A stretch of 64,000 nt of DNA from a virus (IMGVR_UViG_2974679032_000001:8218-72217); one strand, 5' to 3'. Counted from the first letter of the stretch, positions 1-9,710 are shown. The notes: generated by a model not told the origin, from the sequence alone. Numbers and translations: made by a program.

Positions 1-1107
1 GTCCCAGTGGTCCAGGGCGTGCCCGCCGCCGACCAGCTCAACAACCTGCTCTACAACGTGGCCAAGGTGTCCATCGAGGACGAGGACAGCCAGGCCGCGT
101 TCATCCCGATCATGGCCACCGTGCCCGGCGAGCACCTCAAGAACGTCCAGCACATCCGGTTCGGCAATGACGTGACCGAGGTCGAGATCAAGACCCGCAA
201 CGACGCCATCGCACGGCTGGCGATGGGCCTGGATGTCTCGCCGGAGCGCCTGCTCGGGCTGGGCACCAACTCCAACCACTGGAGCGCCTGGCAGATCGGC
301 GACGAGGATGTCCAGCTCCACATCAGCCCGGTCATGGAGACCATCTGCGCGGCGATCAACCGCGAGGTGCTGCGCATCGTGCTCCAGCGCGAGAACATCG
401 ACCCGGCCAAGTACGTCCTCTGGTACGACGCCAGCCAGCTCACCGTGGACCCCGACAAGACCGACGAGGCCACCGCGGCGAAGGATCACGGCGCGATCAA
501 CAACGAGGCTTACCGCCGCTACCTGGGCCTGGGCGACGAGGACGGCTACGACTTCTCCAGCCTGGAGGGTTGGAAGGTGTGGGCGCAGGACGCGGTGGCG
601 ATGAACCCCGAGCTGATCACCACCCTGCTCCCGCTGCTCGACGCCGAGATTCAGGCGCTCGACTTCCCCCAGCCGGTCGCTCTGCCGCCTGGCCAGAACG
701 ATCCCAACGCCGAGCCGGACGCCGACGAGCCGAGCGGCGCGGACCAGCAGAGCGAGCCGACCACCGAGGACTCCGCCGCCGCCAATCTCCGGCCCGCAAT
801 GCCCGCTGAGATGATCCTGGCCGAGCGGATGTTGGTCACCAGGGCGCTGGAGCTGGCGGGCAAGCGCCGGGCCAATACCAACGCGCTCAAGAGCCGCCTG
901 GCGGGCCTCCCGGCCCATGACTACCACCGCGTGCTCGGGCCGGTGCCCGAGGCCGACATCGCACGGCTCACCTCGGGATGGGACACCGCCCTGGAGGACC
1001 ACGCGATCTCGATGCTGGGCCTGGACACCGAGGAGCTGCGCGCGCGTGCTCGCCAGATCATCCGGCGCGAGCTGACCGCGCCGGTCATCGACGCGGAGGT
1101 TTCCTGA
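1..1107 (+). CDS. portal protein (C-terminal part; start upstream of window)
   Basis: Open frame from window edge. Motifs 'RLAMGLDVSPERLLG' and 'NHWSAWQI' are typical of actinophage portals. Lies directly before MuF/protease and capsid genes. Confidence 0.85.
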   Translation, partial: VPVVQGVPAADQLNNLLYNVAKVSIEDEDSQAAFIPIMATVPGEHLKNVQHIRFGNDVTEVEIKTRNDAIARLAMGLDVSPERLLGLGTNSNHWSAWQIGDEDVQLHISPVMETICAAINREVLRIVLQRENIDPAKYVLWYDASQLTVDPDKTDEATAAKDHGAINNEAYRRYLGLGDEDGYDFSSLEGWKVWAQDAVAMNPELITTLLPLLDAEIQALDFPQPVALPPGQNDPNAEPDADEPSGADQQSEPTTEDSAAANLRPAMPAEMILAERMLVTRALELAGKRRANTNALKSRLAGLPAHDYHRVLGPVPEADIARLTSGWDTALEDHAISMLGLDTEELRARARQIIRRELTAPVIDAEVS

Positions 1108-3572
1108 TGTGGCCGGAGCGCGGCGAGGCGCTGAGCCGGACGATTGAGTTCGAGGCCGCGCTGGGCGATCTCTACCTGGAGGTGCTCAACGGATGGGTCT
1201 CAGGGGTTCGACCCCTGGTGCTGCCTTCGCTGACTGCCGCCTCGACGCTCCCGCCTGACCCGGCGGCTCTCGATCAAAACGCTGGGGCCTTGGATCAACC
1301 CTCTAGCGAGTTGATCCTAGCAATGCTTGCAACTCTATGGGCGTTATCGCTGGTAGAGAGTTCAGAGGGCCTCGAAATTAGTTTGCCAGAGCTGCCCGAT
1401 CTGATCCCCCAACTGGACCGTAGGCTCACCCATGCTGTTACCTCGACCAGCGATCTCTCGGCGCGCCGCGTTCGGGAGGCTGTGGCGGTGGTCGAGAGCG
1501 ACGACGATCTGCGCCAGGCGCGCGACGATTTCATCGCTCAACAGCGCGAACGGGTCGAGGCGGTGCCCGCCCTGGTGCGATCCAAGGTCGAGGCGGCGGT
1601 GGCCGAGGCCCGGCCAGCCGCGCCGGAGGGCGCGCCCTCCATCGAGGTGACCGTCGAGCAGATGACCACCGCTCAGCGCGAGGCGGCGAGCAGCGTGCTC
1701 ACCCCCGGCTCCGCCGAGCTGCGTGAGGTCGCGCGCTGGGAGGGATACCAGGCTGCCGGGGTCCAGAACGCGGCGGTGATCGCGGCGGCGGCGCGCTCGG
1801 AGGACCAGCTCGACAAGGTGTGGATCGCCACGATTGACGGCAAGACCCGGCCCACCCACTTCGCCGCCGACGGCCAGCGCGCACCCTTGGCCGGTAGTTT
1901 CAGCGTCGGGAACGAGCCGCTGCGATACCCCGGCGATCCGGCCGGGCCAGCCCGCGAGGTTCGCAACTGCCGGTGCCGCGTAGGCGTGCTGGCCCACGAC
2001 GAGGACATCCCCGATGAGATCGACCGCCACACCGAGCGGCTCAACGGCCGGGACTCCACGGCGCGCAATCGCCAGGGGAGCCAGGAGGACGAGATCGCGC
2101 GCCGGGCAGCTGACGGCACGATCCGCGCCAGGGATGACGACGACGGCATAGGACGAACCGCAGCGGGCGGATGGACCGCCCCGAGCGAACAGGAGTACGA
2201 GATGCCCAAGCCAGCAGCGCCGACCACCGGCCCGGCCACCACGATGGCTGCGGCCGATGAGGAGAGCGGCTCGGAGATGTTCCGCACCTTCACCGACCAG
2301 CCCATCGCCTTCGTCGGGATCGAGACCAGCGACGGCCGGATGCTCGCGGCCGACATCGACCTGAGCTTCCGCAGCTTCCCGCTGCCGGTGATGTGGGTCA
2401 AGCAGACCGGCTACGGCCATGAGGACGCTTTCACCGTGGGCGTCATCGAGGGCGCGCGGATCGACGGGGAGCGCGTGCTCGGCTCGGGCTACATGCTCAA
2501 CACCGCCGAGGCCGACGAGGCCAGCGAGCAGCTCGCGCACACCGCCACCCGGCCCTCGGTCGATCTGGCCAAGACCGAGTGGATGCTCACCGACGAGAAC
2601 GGCAAGGAGATCACCGAGGAGGAGTGGTGGGACTTGCCGATGGACGCCAAGGTCATCCAGACGATCACCGCCGCCGAGCTGATCGGCACGACGCTCGTCG
2701 CGACCCCCGCTTTCGGCGACACCATGATCCAGCTCAACGCCGAGCGCGAGAGCCGAGACGCCGCCCTGGTCGCAAGCGCGGCTGAGCAGTTCCGGCCGCG
2801 CACCTACCCGGCCCACATGTTCTCCGACCCCGGCCTGAGCGCGCCGACCCCGATCACGATGGACGCCGACGGCCGCATCTTCGGTCACCTGGCGTGCTTC
2901 GGGGCCTGCCACCGCTCGATTCAGAGCCAGTGCGTGATGGCCCCGCGCTCGCCCTCGGACTACTCGATGTTCCACACCAGCCCGGCGGTGCGCCTCGATG
3001 ACGGCACCTCGCTGCCGGTCGGGCGGCTCACGGTCGGCACCGGCCACGCACCGGACTCCTACGCGGGCGCTCCGGCCAAGGCCCACTACGACAACACCGG
3101 CACATGCTTCGCCCTGGTGCGCGCGGGCGAGGACGCCCACGGCATCTGGATCAGCGGGGTCGCGGCTCCCTGGGCCACGCCCGAGCAGATCGAGGAGGGG
3201 CTGGCCAGCCCGCTGTCGGGCGACTGGCGCAACTTCGGCAAGGGCCTGGACCTGATCGCCGCCCTGGCGGTCAACACCCCAGGCTTCGCTGTGCGGGGCC
3301 GCGATGGCTCCGAGGGCCAGCCGGTGGCGCTGGTGGCCAGCCTGGGCCTCGATCCTCGCCGGGAGACCGGCACTCCGGCGCTGACGGCCGACGCCATCGG
3401 CGACATCGTGGAGGCGGCGGTCTCGCGGGCCTACGCCAAGCGTGAGGCCGACGCGGAGCTGGCCGGGCTGATGGCTGCCGCGAGCGAGAAGGTCGGCCCG
3501 CCGCCTCCGCCCAAGACCGAGGCCGAGGAGCTGAGCGAGCTGCTGGCTCGCGCCGGTACGCTCAGCGCATGA
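1107..3572 (+). CDS. MuF-like minor capsid protein fused to capsid maturation protease
   Basis: ATG overlaps portal stop (TGATG). MuF motifs 'KVWIATIDGKTRPTH' and 'YPGDPAGPAREVRNCRC'. The C-terminal half has protease-like 'DGRML', 'RPSVD' and 'TLVATPAF'. Confidence 0.85.
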   Translation: MWPERGEALSRTIEFEAALGDLYLEVLNGWVSGVRPLVLPSLTAASTLPPDPAALDQNAGALDQPSSELILAMLATLWALSLVESSEGLEISLPELPDLIPQLDRRLTHAVTSTSDLSARRVREAVAVVESDDDLRQARDDFIAQQRERVEAVPALVRSKVEAAVAEARPAAPEGAPSIEVTVEQMTTAQREAASSVLTPGSAELREVARWEGYQAAGVQNAAVIAAAARSEDQLDKVWIATIDGKTRPTHFAADGQRAPLAGSFSVGNEPLRYPGDPAGPAREVRNCRCRVGVLAHDEDIPDEIDRHTERLNGRDSTARNRQGSQEDEIARRAADGTIRARDDDDGIGRTAAGGWTAPSEQEYEMPKPAAPTTGPATTMAAADEESGSEMFRTFTDQPIAFVGIETSDGRMLAADIDLSFRSFPLPVMWVKQTGYGHEDAFTVGVIEGARIDGERVLGSGYMLNTAEADEASEQLAHTATRPSVDLAKTEWMLTDENGKEITEEEWWDLPMDAKVIQTITAAELIGTTLVATPAFGDTMIQLNAERESRDAALVASAAEQFRPRTYPAHMFSDPGLSAPTPITMDADGRIFGHLACFGACHRSIQSQCVMAPRSPSDYSMFHTSPAVRLDDGTSLPVGRLTVGTGHAPDSYAGAPAKAHYDNTGTCFALVRAGEDAHGIWISGVAAPWATPEQIEEGLASPLSGDWRNFGKGLDLIAALAVNTPGFAVRGRDGSEGQPVALVASLGLDPRRETGTPALTADAIGDIVEAAVSRAYAKREADAELAGLMAAASEKVGPPPPPKTEAEELSELLARAGTLSA

Positions 3573-3703
3573 TCATCCTGGGCATCATCCTCGTCATCAT
3601 CGGCGTGTTCGTGCTGCGTCACATCCTGTGGCCCATCGGCGCGGTGCTGCTGATCGTGGGCGCGGTGCTGGCCATCGCCAACCACGGTTTCGTCTACTAC
3701 TGA
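3569..3703 (+). CDS. small membrane protein (44 aa)
   Basis: ATGA overlap. MIILGIILVIIGVFVLRHILWPIGAVLLIVGAVLAIANHGFVYY has two hydrophobic segments and GC3-rich codons. Confidence 0.7.
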   Translation: MIILGIILVIIGVFVLRHILWPIGAVLLIVGAVLAIANHGFVYY

Positions 3704-3721
3704 CCCTGGAGGGCCTCGGAC

Positions 3722-3952
3722 ATGGGTTGCAATTGCGGCGGTCGAACGGCTGCCAACTCCAGCGACACGCTGGGCTATTACGTTGTGCTGCCGGATAAGT
3801 CGGTGCTCCCGGCCGGGTTCAATCCCGACGATCCCGAGGCTGGCGCGCCGCCGTACTTCGGCTATTACGAGGCGCGCAACCAGATCGTGCTCAACGGCGG
3901 CGGCACCGTCCGGCGCGCCCGGCGCAAGCCAGCCGAGGCCACCGCGAGCTGA
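3722..3952 (+). CDS. hypothetical protein with MGCNCGG N-terminus
   Basis: GGAGGG RBS upstream. 76-aa ORF in head operon. Confidence 0.75.
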   Translation: MGCNCGGRTAANSSDTLGYYVVLPDKSVLPAGFNPDDPEAGAPPYFGYYEARNQIVLNGGGTVRRARRKPAEATAS

Positions 3953-4063
3953 TCTCTGCACGGTGCTCATCTAGCGTTCATCGCCAGAGGGAACCTGCTC
4001 CGAGCTATGTGCCGAGGATCGCTCGCCGAGACAACGTGTTCGATTCCGATTGAGGAGTTCGCA

Positions 4064-5914
4064 GTGACTTTCCACAAGCCGCTCGCGCCGCGTCTGATCC
4101 GCCTCTACGGCGTCGGTCAGTTCACCACGGCGACCCGGTTCCAACTGCCGGAGACCCTGCCCGAGACCGTGGCCGAGCTGGACGCTCTGCTGGAGGCCGC
4201 TCGCGCCGAGGTCCATGTCTACGAGGCCCAGCACGCCGCTGGTCGCCAGCTGAGCGGCGAGGACATCTCCGCCCTGCGCGATCTCGTCGGCGAGAACGGT
4301 GCCATCGACCAGCTCCAGGCCGCGCGTGACACCGCTGCCGCTGCCGAGGCCGATCACACCGAGGAGCTGAATGGCCTGCTCCAGCGCGCCAGCGCCAGCC
4401 GCCAGGCTCCCGAGGGCACCGCGCCCGAGGGCGAGCCGGAGGGTGACGAGGGTGACGAGGGCGACGGCCAGGAGGGCACCGAGGGCGGCGAGGGCCAGCC
4501 CGACGGTGGCACCCAGGCCGAGCCGACCCAGGAGGGCCAGCCAGCGGCAGTAGCCGCGTCGGCGAGCAATGGCGCTCAGCGGCCGGTCACCTTCGCCGGG
4601 GCGCAGCAGGGCAATCCGCCCGCCAACCCCACCCCCATCGAGCCGGGCTGGAACATGCACCCCGGTGCGCCGGGCTACACGGCTGGCCAGGGGCGGGTCG
4701 GTTTCCGCGACCTGGCTCTGAGCCTGGACCGCATCCGGCCGGGCAGCCGGGCCTCGATCCGGCCCAACCGCCCGAACAAGACGATGGACGGGATGGAGTT
4801 CGCCCGCCAGGTCGTGGCCAGCCTGGACCGCCAGGTCGATGTCGTGGACGACGCTCACGCGCTCGTCGCGGCCATCAACGCGGCCACCAGCTCGCGCCAG
4901 CTCTCCGAGCCGACCTACGACGAGCGCGGCTCGTTGACGGCGGCTGGCGGCTGGTGCGCGCCGTCGGAGCAGCTCTACGACTTCTGCGACGTGCCCGACG
5001 CGACCGATCTGGTCTCCATGCCGGAGATCACGATCAACCGCGGCGGCATCCGCTGGCCTCGGGAGCCTGATCTGTCCGGCATCTTCGAGGACTTCGAGTG
5101 GTTCTTCACCGAGGCCGAGCTGGAGGCCACCGACGTTGACGGCAACCCGACCGCCGTCAAGACGTGCGTCGAGATTCCCTGCCCCGACCAGTTCGATGAG
5201 ATTCGTCTCAACGCGGTGGGCTGGTGCGTGGAGTCCGGCATCCTCCAGGAGCAGGGCTGGCCGGAGCTGTCCGAGTGGTTCATGCGCAACCTCACCCAGG
5301 AGCACCTCCGCGCGCTGAGCCGCCGGACGATCCTGGATGTGGTCAGCGGCTCGGGCGCGCCGATCGTCATCCCGCCGACCTCGGTCCTGGGTTCGGTGCC
5401 GTCGGTGCTCAACAGCCTCGCGCTGGTGGCCACCAACATCCGGCTCAAGAGGGGCCTGGCCCGCACGGCGACCATCGAGGGCATCGCCCCGAGCTGGTTC
5501 CATGAGGTGCTGCGCGCCGACCTCGCCATGCGCGAGGGCACCGACGTGTTCGCCATCACCGACGCGGCCATCAACGGCTGGCTGAGCGCGCGCAACATCG
5601 CGCTCCAGTTCGTCGGCGATTGGCAGACCCGCGCCGCTGGCCTGCCGGGTAACCTCGGCACGCTGGTCTGGCCGGAGACGGTGGACATCGCGCTCTACCC
5701 GGCGGGCACCTGGTTCCGCTCGATGAGCAACGTGATCGAGCTGGGTGTCATGTACCCCAAGGAGCAGCTCCAGGTGAACCGCTTCACGCGGATGTTCACC
5801 GAGGACGCCATCGCGGTGGGCAAGCGGTGCGGCGAGTCCGTCATCGTGCGCGTGCCGCTCAACGTGTCCGGCGCTGTTGGCGAGCGCGCCCTGGCGACCA
5901 ACGTCACCCCGTAA
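4064..5914 (+). CDS. major capsid protein (hexamer type) with N-terminal scaffold-like domain
   Basis: GAGGAG RBS then GTG at 4064. Acidic coiled N-terminus followed by 'LTAAGGWCAPSEQLYDFC'. Position and codon bias fit. Confidence 0.85.
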   Translation: MTFHKPLAPRLIRLYGVGQFTTATRFQLPETLPETVAELDALLEAARAEVHVYEAQHAAGRQLSGEDISALRDLVGENGAIDQLQAARDTAAAAEADHTEELNGLLQRASASRQAPEGTAPEGEPEGDEGDEGDGQEGTEGGEGQPDGGTQAEPTQEGQPAAVAASASNGAQRPVTFAGAQQGNPPANPTPIEPGWNMHPGAPGYTAGQGRVGFRDLALSLDRIRPGSRASIRPNRPNKTMDGMEFARQVVASLDRQVDVVDDAHALVAAINAATSSRQLSEPTYDERGSLTAAGGWCAPSEQLYDFCDVPDATDLVSMPEITINRGGIRWPREPDLSGIFEDFEWFFTEAELEATDVDGNPTAVKTCVEIPCPDQFDEIRLNAVGWCVESGILQEQGWPELSEWFMRNLTQEHLRALSRRTILDVVSGSGAPIVIPPTSVLGSVPSVLNSLALVATNIRLKRGLARTATIEGIAPSWFHEVLRADLAMREGTDVFAITDAAINGWLSARNIALQFVGDWQTRAAGLPGNLGTLVWPETVDIALYPAGTWFRSMSNVIELGVMYPKEQLQVNRFTRMFTEDAIAVGKRCGESVIVRVPLNVSGAVGERALATNVTP

Positions 5915-5933
5915 GGGCTGGCTGAGTCAGACT

Positions 5934-5990
5934 GGAGGCGGTGAACGTGAGCAACCCGAGGCCGCTCACGTTCGCCGCCTCCTTCTCGTT
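5934..5990 (+). terminator. 19-bp stem-loop between the two capsid genes
   Basis: GGAGGCGGTGAACGTGAGC (5934-5952) pairs with GCTCACGTTCGCCGCCTCC (5964-5982), followed by TTCTCGTTT. Confidence 0.7.
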
Positions 5991-6005
5991 TCCCAGGAGG
6001 ACTAG

Positions 6006-6803
6006 ATGACCCAGGCACTTCCCACCCTGGTCGAGCCGCTCAACGTGCTCGGCCCGATGACCTATGACCCTCCGCTGGTCAACCCCACCGCCTACGGCCT
6101 CTACGCCGTCACCGACTGGCAGCCCGAGGGCGAGAGCCGCTGGCTCAACGGGGTCGAGTTCCGGCCGACCGGGAACTACTCCGACCAGCTGGCCTCCGGC
6201 CTGTGGGGCGGGGCCTGGTGCGGCGAGCCGGAGGCCGGGATGCTCAAGACCGGCGAGCGGCCGGACATCCCCGAGGTGTTCCAGGCGATGACCATCTGGG
6301 CCTACGACGAGTGCGATCTCACCGCGCAGAGCCGCGCCGAGGTCCAGGCTCGCGCCGCCCAGATTCTTCGCATGGAGGAGCAATACCTGGTCGAGCGCGA
6401 GTTCGCCGAGCGGCTCAAGCTCGACGCCGCCGACCTCGGCGCGCCCCAGACCGCCGCCTCGCTCAAGCAGGCCGTCGGGTATCTGGAGGGCGCTGCGGCC
6501 ATCGCCGGGACGCTGCTCTACTTCCACGTCGGCGCTCAGTGGGCCAGCCAGGAGTTCGGGCTGTTCACCAAGCAGGGCAGCAAGTTCGTCAGCCCGCTCG
6601 GCAATATCTGGGTGGTCGGCGGCGGTTACGTCGAGGGCCTGGACGACATGATCGTGGCCACCAGCCAGCCGGTCGGCTGGCGGGATGCGCCCACGACACG
6701 CACGGCGATTGACGAGAAGCACAACATCTTCGCTGCCGTGGCGGAGCGTAGCGTCAACATCGGCTACGAGGCGGCTGTGGCTGCCGTGACCATCACACCG
6801 TAA
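6006..6803 (+). CDS. second capsid protein (pentamer/minor capsid type)
   Basis: AGGAGG RBS. Follows the major capsid gene as in cluster-B-like phages. Confidence 0.65.
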   Translation: MTQALPTLVEPLNVLGPMTYDPPLVNPTAYGLYAVTDWQPEGESRWLNGVEFRPTGNYSDQLASGLWGGAWCGEPEAGMLKTGERPDIPEVFQAMTIWAYDECDLTAQSRAEVQARAAQILRMEEQYLVEREFAERLKLDAADLGAPQTAASLKQAVGYLEGAAAIAGTLLYFHVGAQWASQEFGLFTKQGSKFVSPLGNIWVVGGGYVEGLDDMIVATSQPVGWRDAPTTRTAIDEKHNIFAAVAERSVNIGYEAAVAAVTITP

Positions 6804-6816
6804 GGAGATCGGGACC

Positions 6817-7821
6817 ATGCCAGAGGGCATCCTCGCGACCGTCGATGACGGGTTCGCCACCATCGACTTCGTGGACCCCAGCCTGCGCGGTCCTGCCCTG
6901 GCGCAGCTCGTAGAGCTGGGCGGCGCGGAGTCCATCGAGACCATCACGCGCAGCGGGCCTCGCCGCCAGTACCGAGTGCCCGAGGGCAATGCTCGGGAGG
7001 TCGGCCTGCTCGATGACTCCGAGGCTCATCCTCGGGGCGCGGTCGATCACTCGGCCGAGGAGGCGGCGCTGACCTCCGAGGGCGGCGTGCGCGGCGCGTT
7101 CACCCCCGGCAACGCGGGCGTGGATACCGGCGCGGCGGCGGCGCTCAAGGCGGCGAACCCCAACGTCAACGCCGGGGCCGACGCTGCCGACTGGCATACG
7201 CCCACCGCGGAGTACACCTCGGCGAACAAGTTCGTCGGCGACACCACGGTGACCGAGGCGCGGGCGGCTGCCGCTCCGGCCTTCACCGGGGCGGGCACCT
7301 CCCACGGCGGCGGCAATGCCACCGAGGTGCCGACCCACCGCGATCTCATCGACCGGGTTAAGGCGTTCGAGAAGGCCAACCCCAAGGGCGAGCCGCGCGG
7401 CGAGGCCCAGCCTCACGCGCCGGTCCAGGCGCTCAACACCGGCCTCAAGTCCCAGGACTCGGCGCTGGCCGACGATCCCGGCGCTCGGCCGGACGAGGGC
7501 GGGCAGGCGCGCAGCGTCTACTCCTCGCCCCAGGCGGTGCGCAGCGGCAAGGCTCCAGAGGGCGCGGAGAGCGGCCAGGAGGCCCCAGGCGAGGCTGAGA
7601 GCACCGCTGGCACCTCCGAGGCTCCGGCGGCTCCCAGCGAGCCGCAGAGCGGCGCTCAGGAGGTCAAGGAGATTCCCGGCGATCAGTACCCCGAGGGCGA
7701 GCCGACCGAGGACTGGCGTCGGCCGGAGCTTGACTCCTACGCGCTGGACAAGAAGGGCCTCGACACCACCGAGCTGCCCAACAAGAAGGCCGTGCTCAAG
7801 GCGATCTCGGAGGCCAAGTGA
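6817..7821 (+). CDS. putative virion protein, Ala/Glu-rich with a short C-terminal helical (HeH/LEM-like) motif
   Basis: AAGGAG RBS. C-terminus 'WRRPELDSYALDKKGLDTTELPNKKAVLKAI'. Confidence 0.7.
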   Translation: MPEGILATVDDGFATIDFVDPSLRGPALAQLVELGGAESIETITRSGPRRQYRVPEGNAREVGLLDDSEAHPRGAVDHSAEEAALTSEGGVRGAFTPGNAGVDTGAAAALKAANPNVNAGADAADWHTPTAEYTSANKFVGDTTVTEARAAAAPAFTGAGTSHGGGNATEVPTHRDLIDRVKAFEKANPKGEPRGEAQPHAPVQALNTGLKSQDSALADDPGARPDEGGQARSVYSSPQAVRSGKAPEGAESGQEAPGEAESTAGTSEAPAAPSEPQSGAQEVKEIPGDQYPEGEPTEDWRRPELDSYALDKKGLDTTELPNKKAVLKAISEAK

Positions 7822-8330
7822 TGACCAGTCATCAGAGTGCTCGGGCCTGGCTCCAGGCCCACATCCCACCGGCCGACCGCGAGATTCTCTACCGCGTGGT
7901 CGCGGGCGCGCTGACGTTCCTGAGCGGCTGGGGCATCCTCGACAACGAGCGCGCCGTGCTCTGGAGCCAGCTGGGCATCGGCACGGTCACCGCGCTGTTC
8001 GCCCTGCTCTACGCGACCAGCTCGGTGCGCGTGGTGCTCTACACGCTGGTCGGCCCGCTGGGCGCGGTGCTGCTGGCCTACGGGATCATCCAGGACGAGA
8101 AGTGGGCGGTCATCACCGCCAGCCTTGCTCAGGTGTTCGGCATCGCCACCGCCGCCGCCAAGACCGTCGAGATGCTCCCGCCTGAGCGCCTGTCCGGCGT
8201 GGTAGTCGCGCCAGCTGCAACCAAGGTCAAGACGGCGGTCGCGGTTCGGACTCCCAAGGAGGCTCGCGCCGTGCGGCGTGCCCGGCCCAAGGCCAGGAGC
8301 ACGCGGCGGTCTCGAACCCCAACCGGCTGA
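7821..8330 (+). CDS. holin-like membrane protein
   Basis: About 4 hydrophobic segments with two similar halves (GILDNE..W / GIIQDEKW) and a very basic C-terminal tail. Confidence 0.6.
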   Translation: MTSHQSARAWLQAHIPPADREILYRVVAGALTFLSGWGILDNERAVLWSQLGIGTVTALFALLYATSSVRVVLYTLVGPLGAVLLAYGIIQDEKWAVITASLAQVFGIATAAAKTVEMLPPERLSGVVVAPAATKVKTAVAVRTPKEARAVRRARPKARSTRRSRTPTG

Positions 8331-8335
8331 TCACG

Positions 8336-8791
8336 ATGGACCGCGAGGAGCGGCTGGAGATCGCTGACCGCCTGGCCAGGCGGATGGAGCGGCTGGAGGA
8401 GTTCGTCCAGACCGCCACGGTGCTCCTTGCGCTCATCCCGACTGCATACGGAGTGCTCACATGGGTTTATGGGGCGGAGCTGTGGAACGACAGCCCGGTT
8501 TACGCGACGGCTCTCCAGACGCCGGGCGCGCCGGAGAGCTGGGGAACGGTATTCATCGGGGCGGGCGTCGTCGGGATCATCTCCGGCTGGCGTGGTCATC
8601 GCCGCTGCGTGATGGTGACGTGCGGGCTGATCGCCCTGCTGATGGCGATGTTCATGGCGATGTTCGTCACCGAGTTCGTCCAGCACGTCGATCAAGAGGG
8701 CGCACTCGCGCCTGCCATGATCTACGCCGTTATCTCGATGCTGTTTCTCGCCCGAGCGCGATTGGCCTGGGCCTCACTAAGGGACTACTGA
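8336..8791 (+). CDS. membrane protein (about 4 TM)
   Basis: Multiple hydrophobic segments; part of the operon. Confidence 0.75.
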   Translation: MDREERLEIADRLARRMERLEEFVQTATVLLALIPTAYGVLTWVYGAELWNDSPVYATALQTPGAPESWGTVFIGAGVVGIISGWRGHRRCVMVTCGLIALLMAMFMAMFVTEFVQHVDQEGALAPAMIYAVISMLFLARARLAWASLRDY

Positions 8792-9297
8792 TGGCGATGC
8801 GTGTTCGGGTGGGGGCCTGGCTGGCACACACCCGGTTCGTGCCGACCCCGCTCTACCGCCTGATCCTGGTGGCGGCGTGCATCAGCTCGCTGCTCCAGCT
8901 GATCTATGGCGCTCCGGCGTCGGTGAGCAGCGTGAGCCGCTCGGAGGCGTTCGATTGGGCGTTCGTGGCGCTCCAGCTGGCGGCGGCGATCACCGCGCTG
9001 GTCGGCCTCTACCTGGTCGAGGGCGAGTCTCCGCCGCCCTGGACGACCTCCGGCCCGGCGATCTATGCCGCCGACCGACCCGAGATCGACCCCGAGAAGC
9101 TCCACCGCTCGCTCACCGTCGAGCTGCTCGGGCTGATCGGCCTCCAGACGGTGATGGCGGTCCAGCTCGCGGCCAGCGCGTTCGACGTGGGAAGGATGCC
9201 CAGCGCGCTGTCCACCTGGATGATGACCGTGTTCTGGGTCTGGTCCTTCTTCCGTGACCGCGACATCCTGCGAGCACTAGGGAAGCTGACAAAGTGA
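8791..9297 (+). CDS. membrane protein (about 4 TM)
   Basis: TGATG overlap; hydrophobic segments. Confidence 0.75.
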   Translation: MAMRVRVGAWLAHTRFVPTPLYRLILVAACISSLLQLIYGAPASVSSVSRSEAFDWAFVALQLAAAITALVGLYLVEGESPPPWTTSGPAIYAADRPEIDPEKLHRSLTVELLGLIGLQTVMAVQLAASAFDVGRMPSALSTWMMTVFWVWSFFRDRDILRALGKLTK

Positions 9298-9626
9298 CCG
9301 CCGCCCTCGTCCTCCAGATGATCGGCGGGGCCGGGTTCCTGGCGGGCGTGGTGGCGGTCCTTCACTTCTTCAACACACGCAAGAGCACCAGGTCAAAGGG
9401 CAGCGCCGAGGCGTACCAGGCGTACCGGACGTTCGTCGCCGGAGCGTTCGAGGACGCCGCCGGAGTGACCGCTCGGGTGACCGCCGACCGCGACAAGCTC
9501 GGCGCGATCCGCATCGCTCTGATCGACCTCTGCCAGGCGGCGCTGAGCCTGGCCCGGCGCAAGGGCGCGACCCAGGATGAGCTGGAGCCGCTCTACGACC
9601 AGCTCGATGAGGTCCGCTCCCGGTGA
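9294..9626 (+). CDS. single-TM protein with C-terminal helical domain
   Basis: GTGA overlap; N-terminal TM 'ALVLQMIGGAGFLAGVVAVLHFF'. Confidence 0.75.
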   Translation: MTAALVLQMIGGAGFLAGVVAVLHFFNTRKSTRSKGSAEAYQAYRTFVAGAFEDAAGVTARVTADRDKLGAIRIALIDLCQAALSLARRKGATQDELEPLYDQLDEVRSR

Positions 9627-9710
9627 GCTTGCACGGTCCTGGCCTAATGTCAGAGCCAACCTCGGAATGACCGCTGGCGCGCCGCGCCTGACCCAGGAGG
9701 ACTACCAGAC

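Noticed and set aside
1201-1217. GGTTCGA hairpin resembling a tRNA T-arm
   Set aside because: The stem register does not fit a 5-bp stem with a 7-nt T-loop, no cloverleaf is visible, and it lies inside a CDS.
1261-1450. Diversity-generating retroelement variable region
   Set aside because: No reverse transcriptase or template repeat was seen in the window, and the drift is toward A/T rather than away from A.
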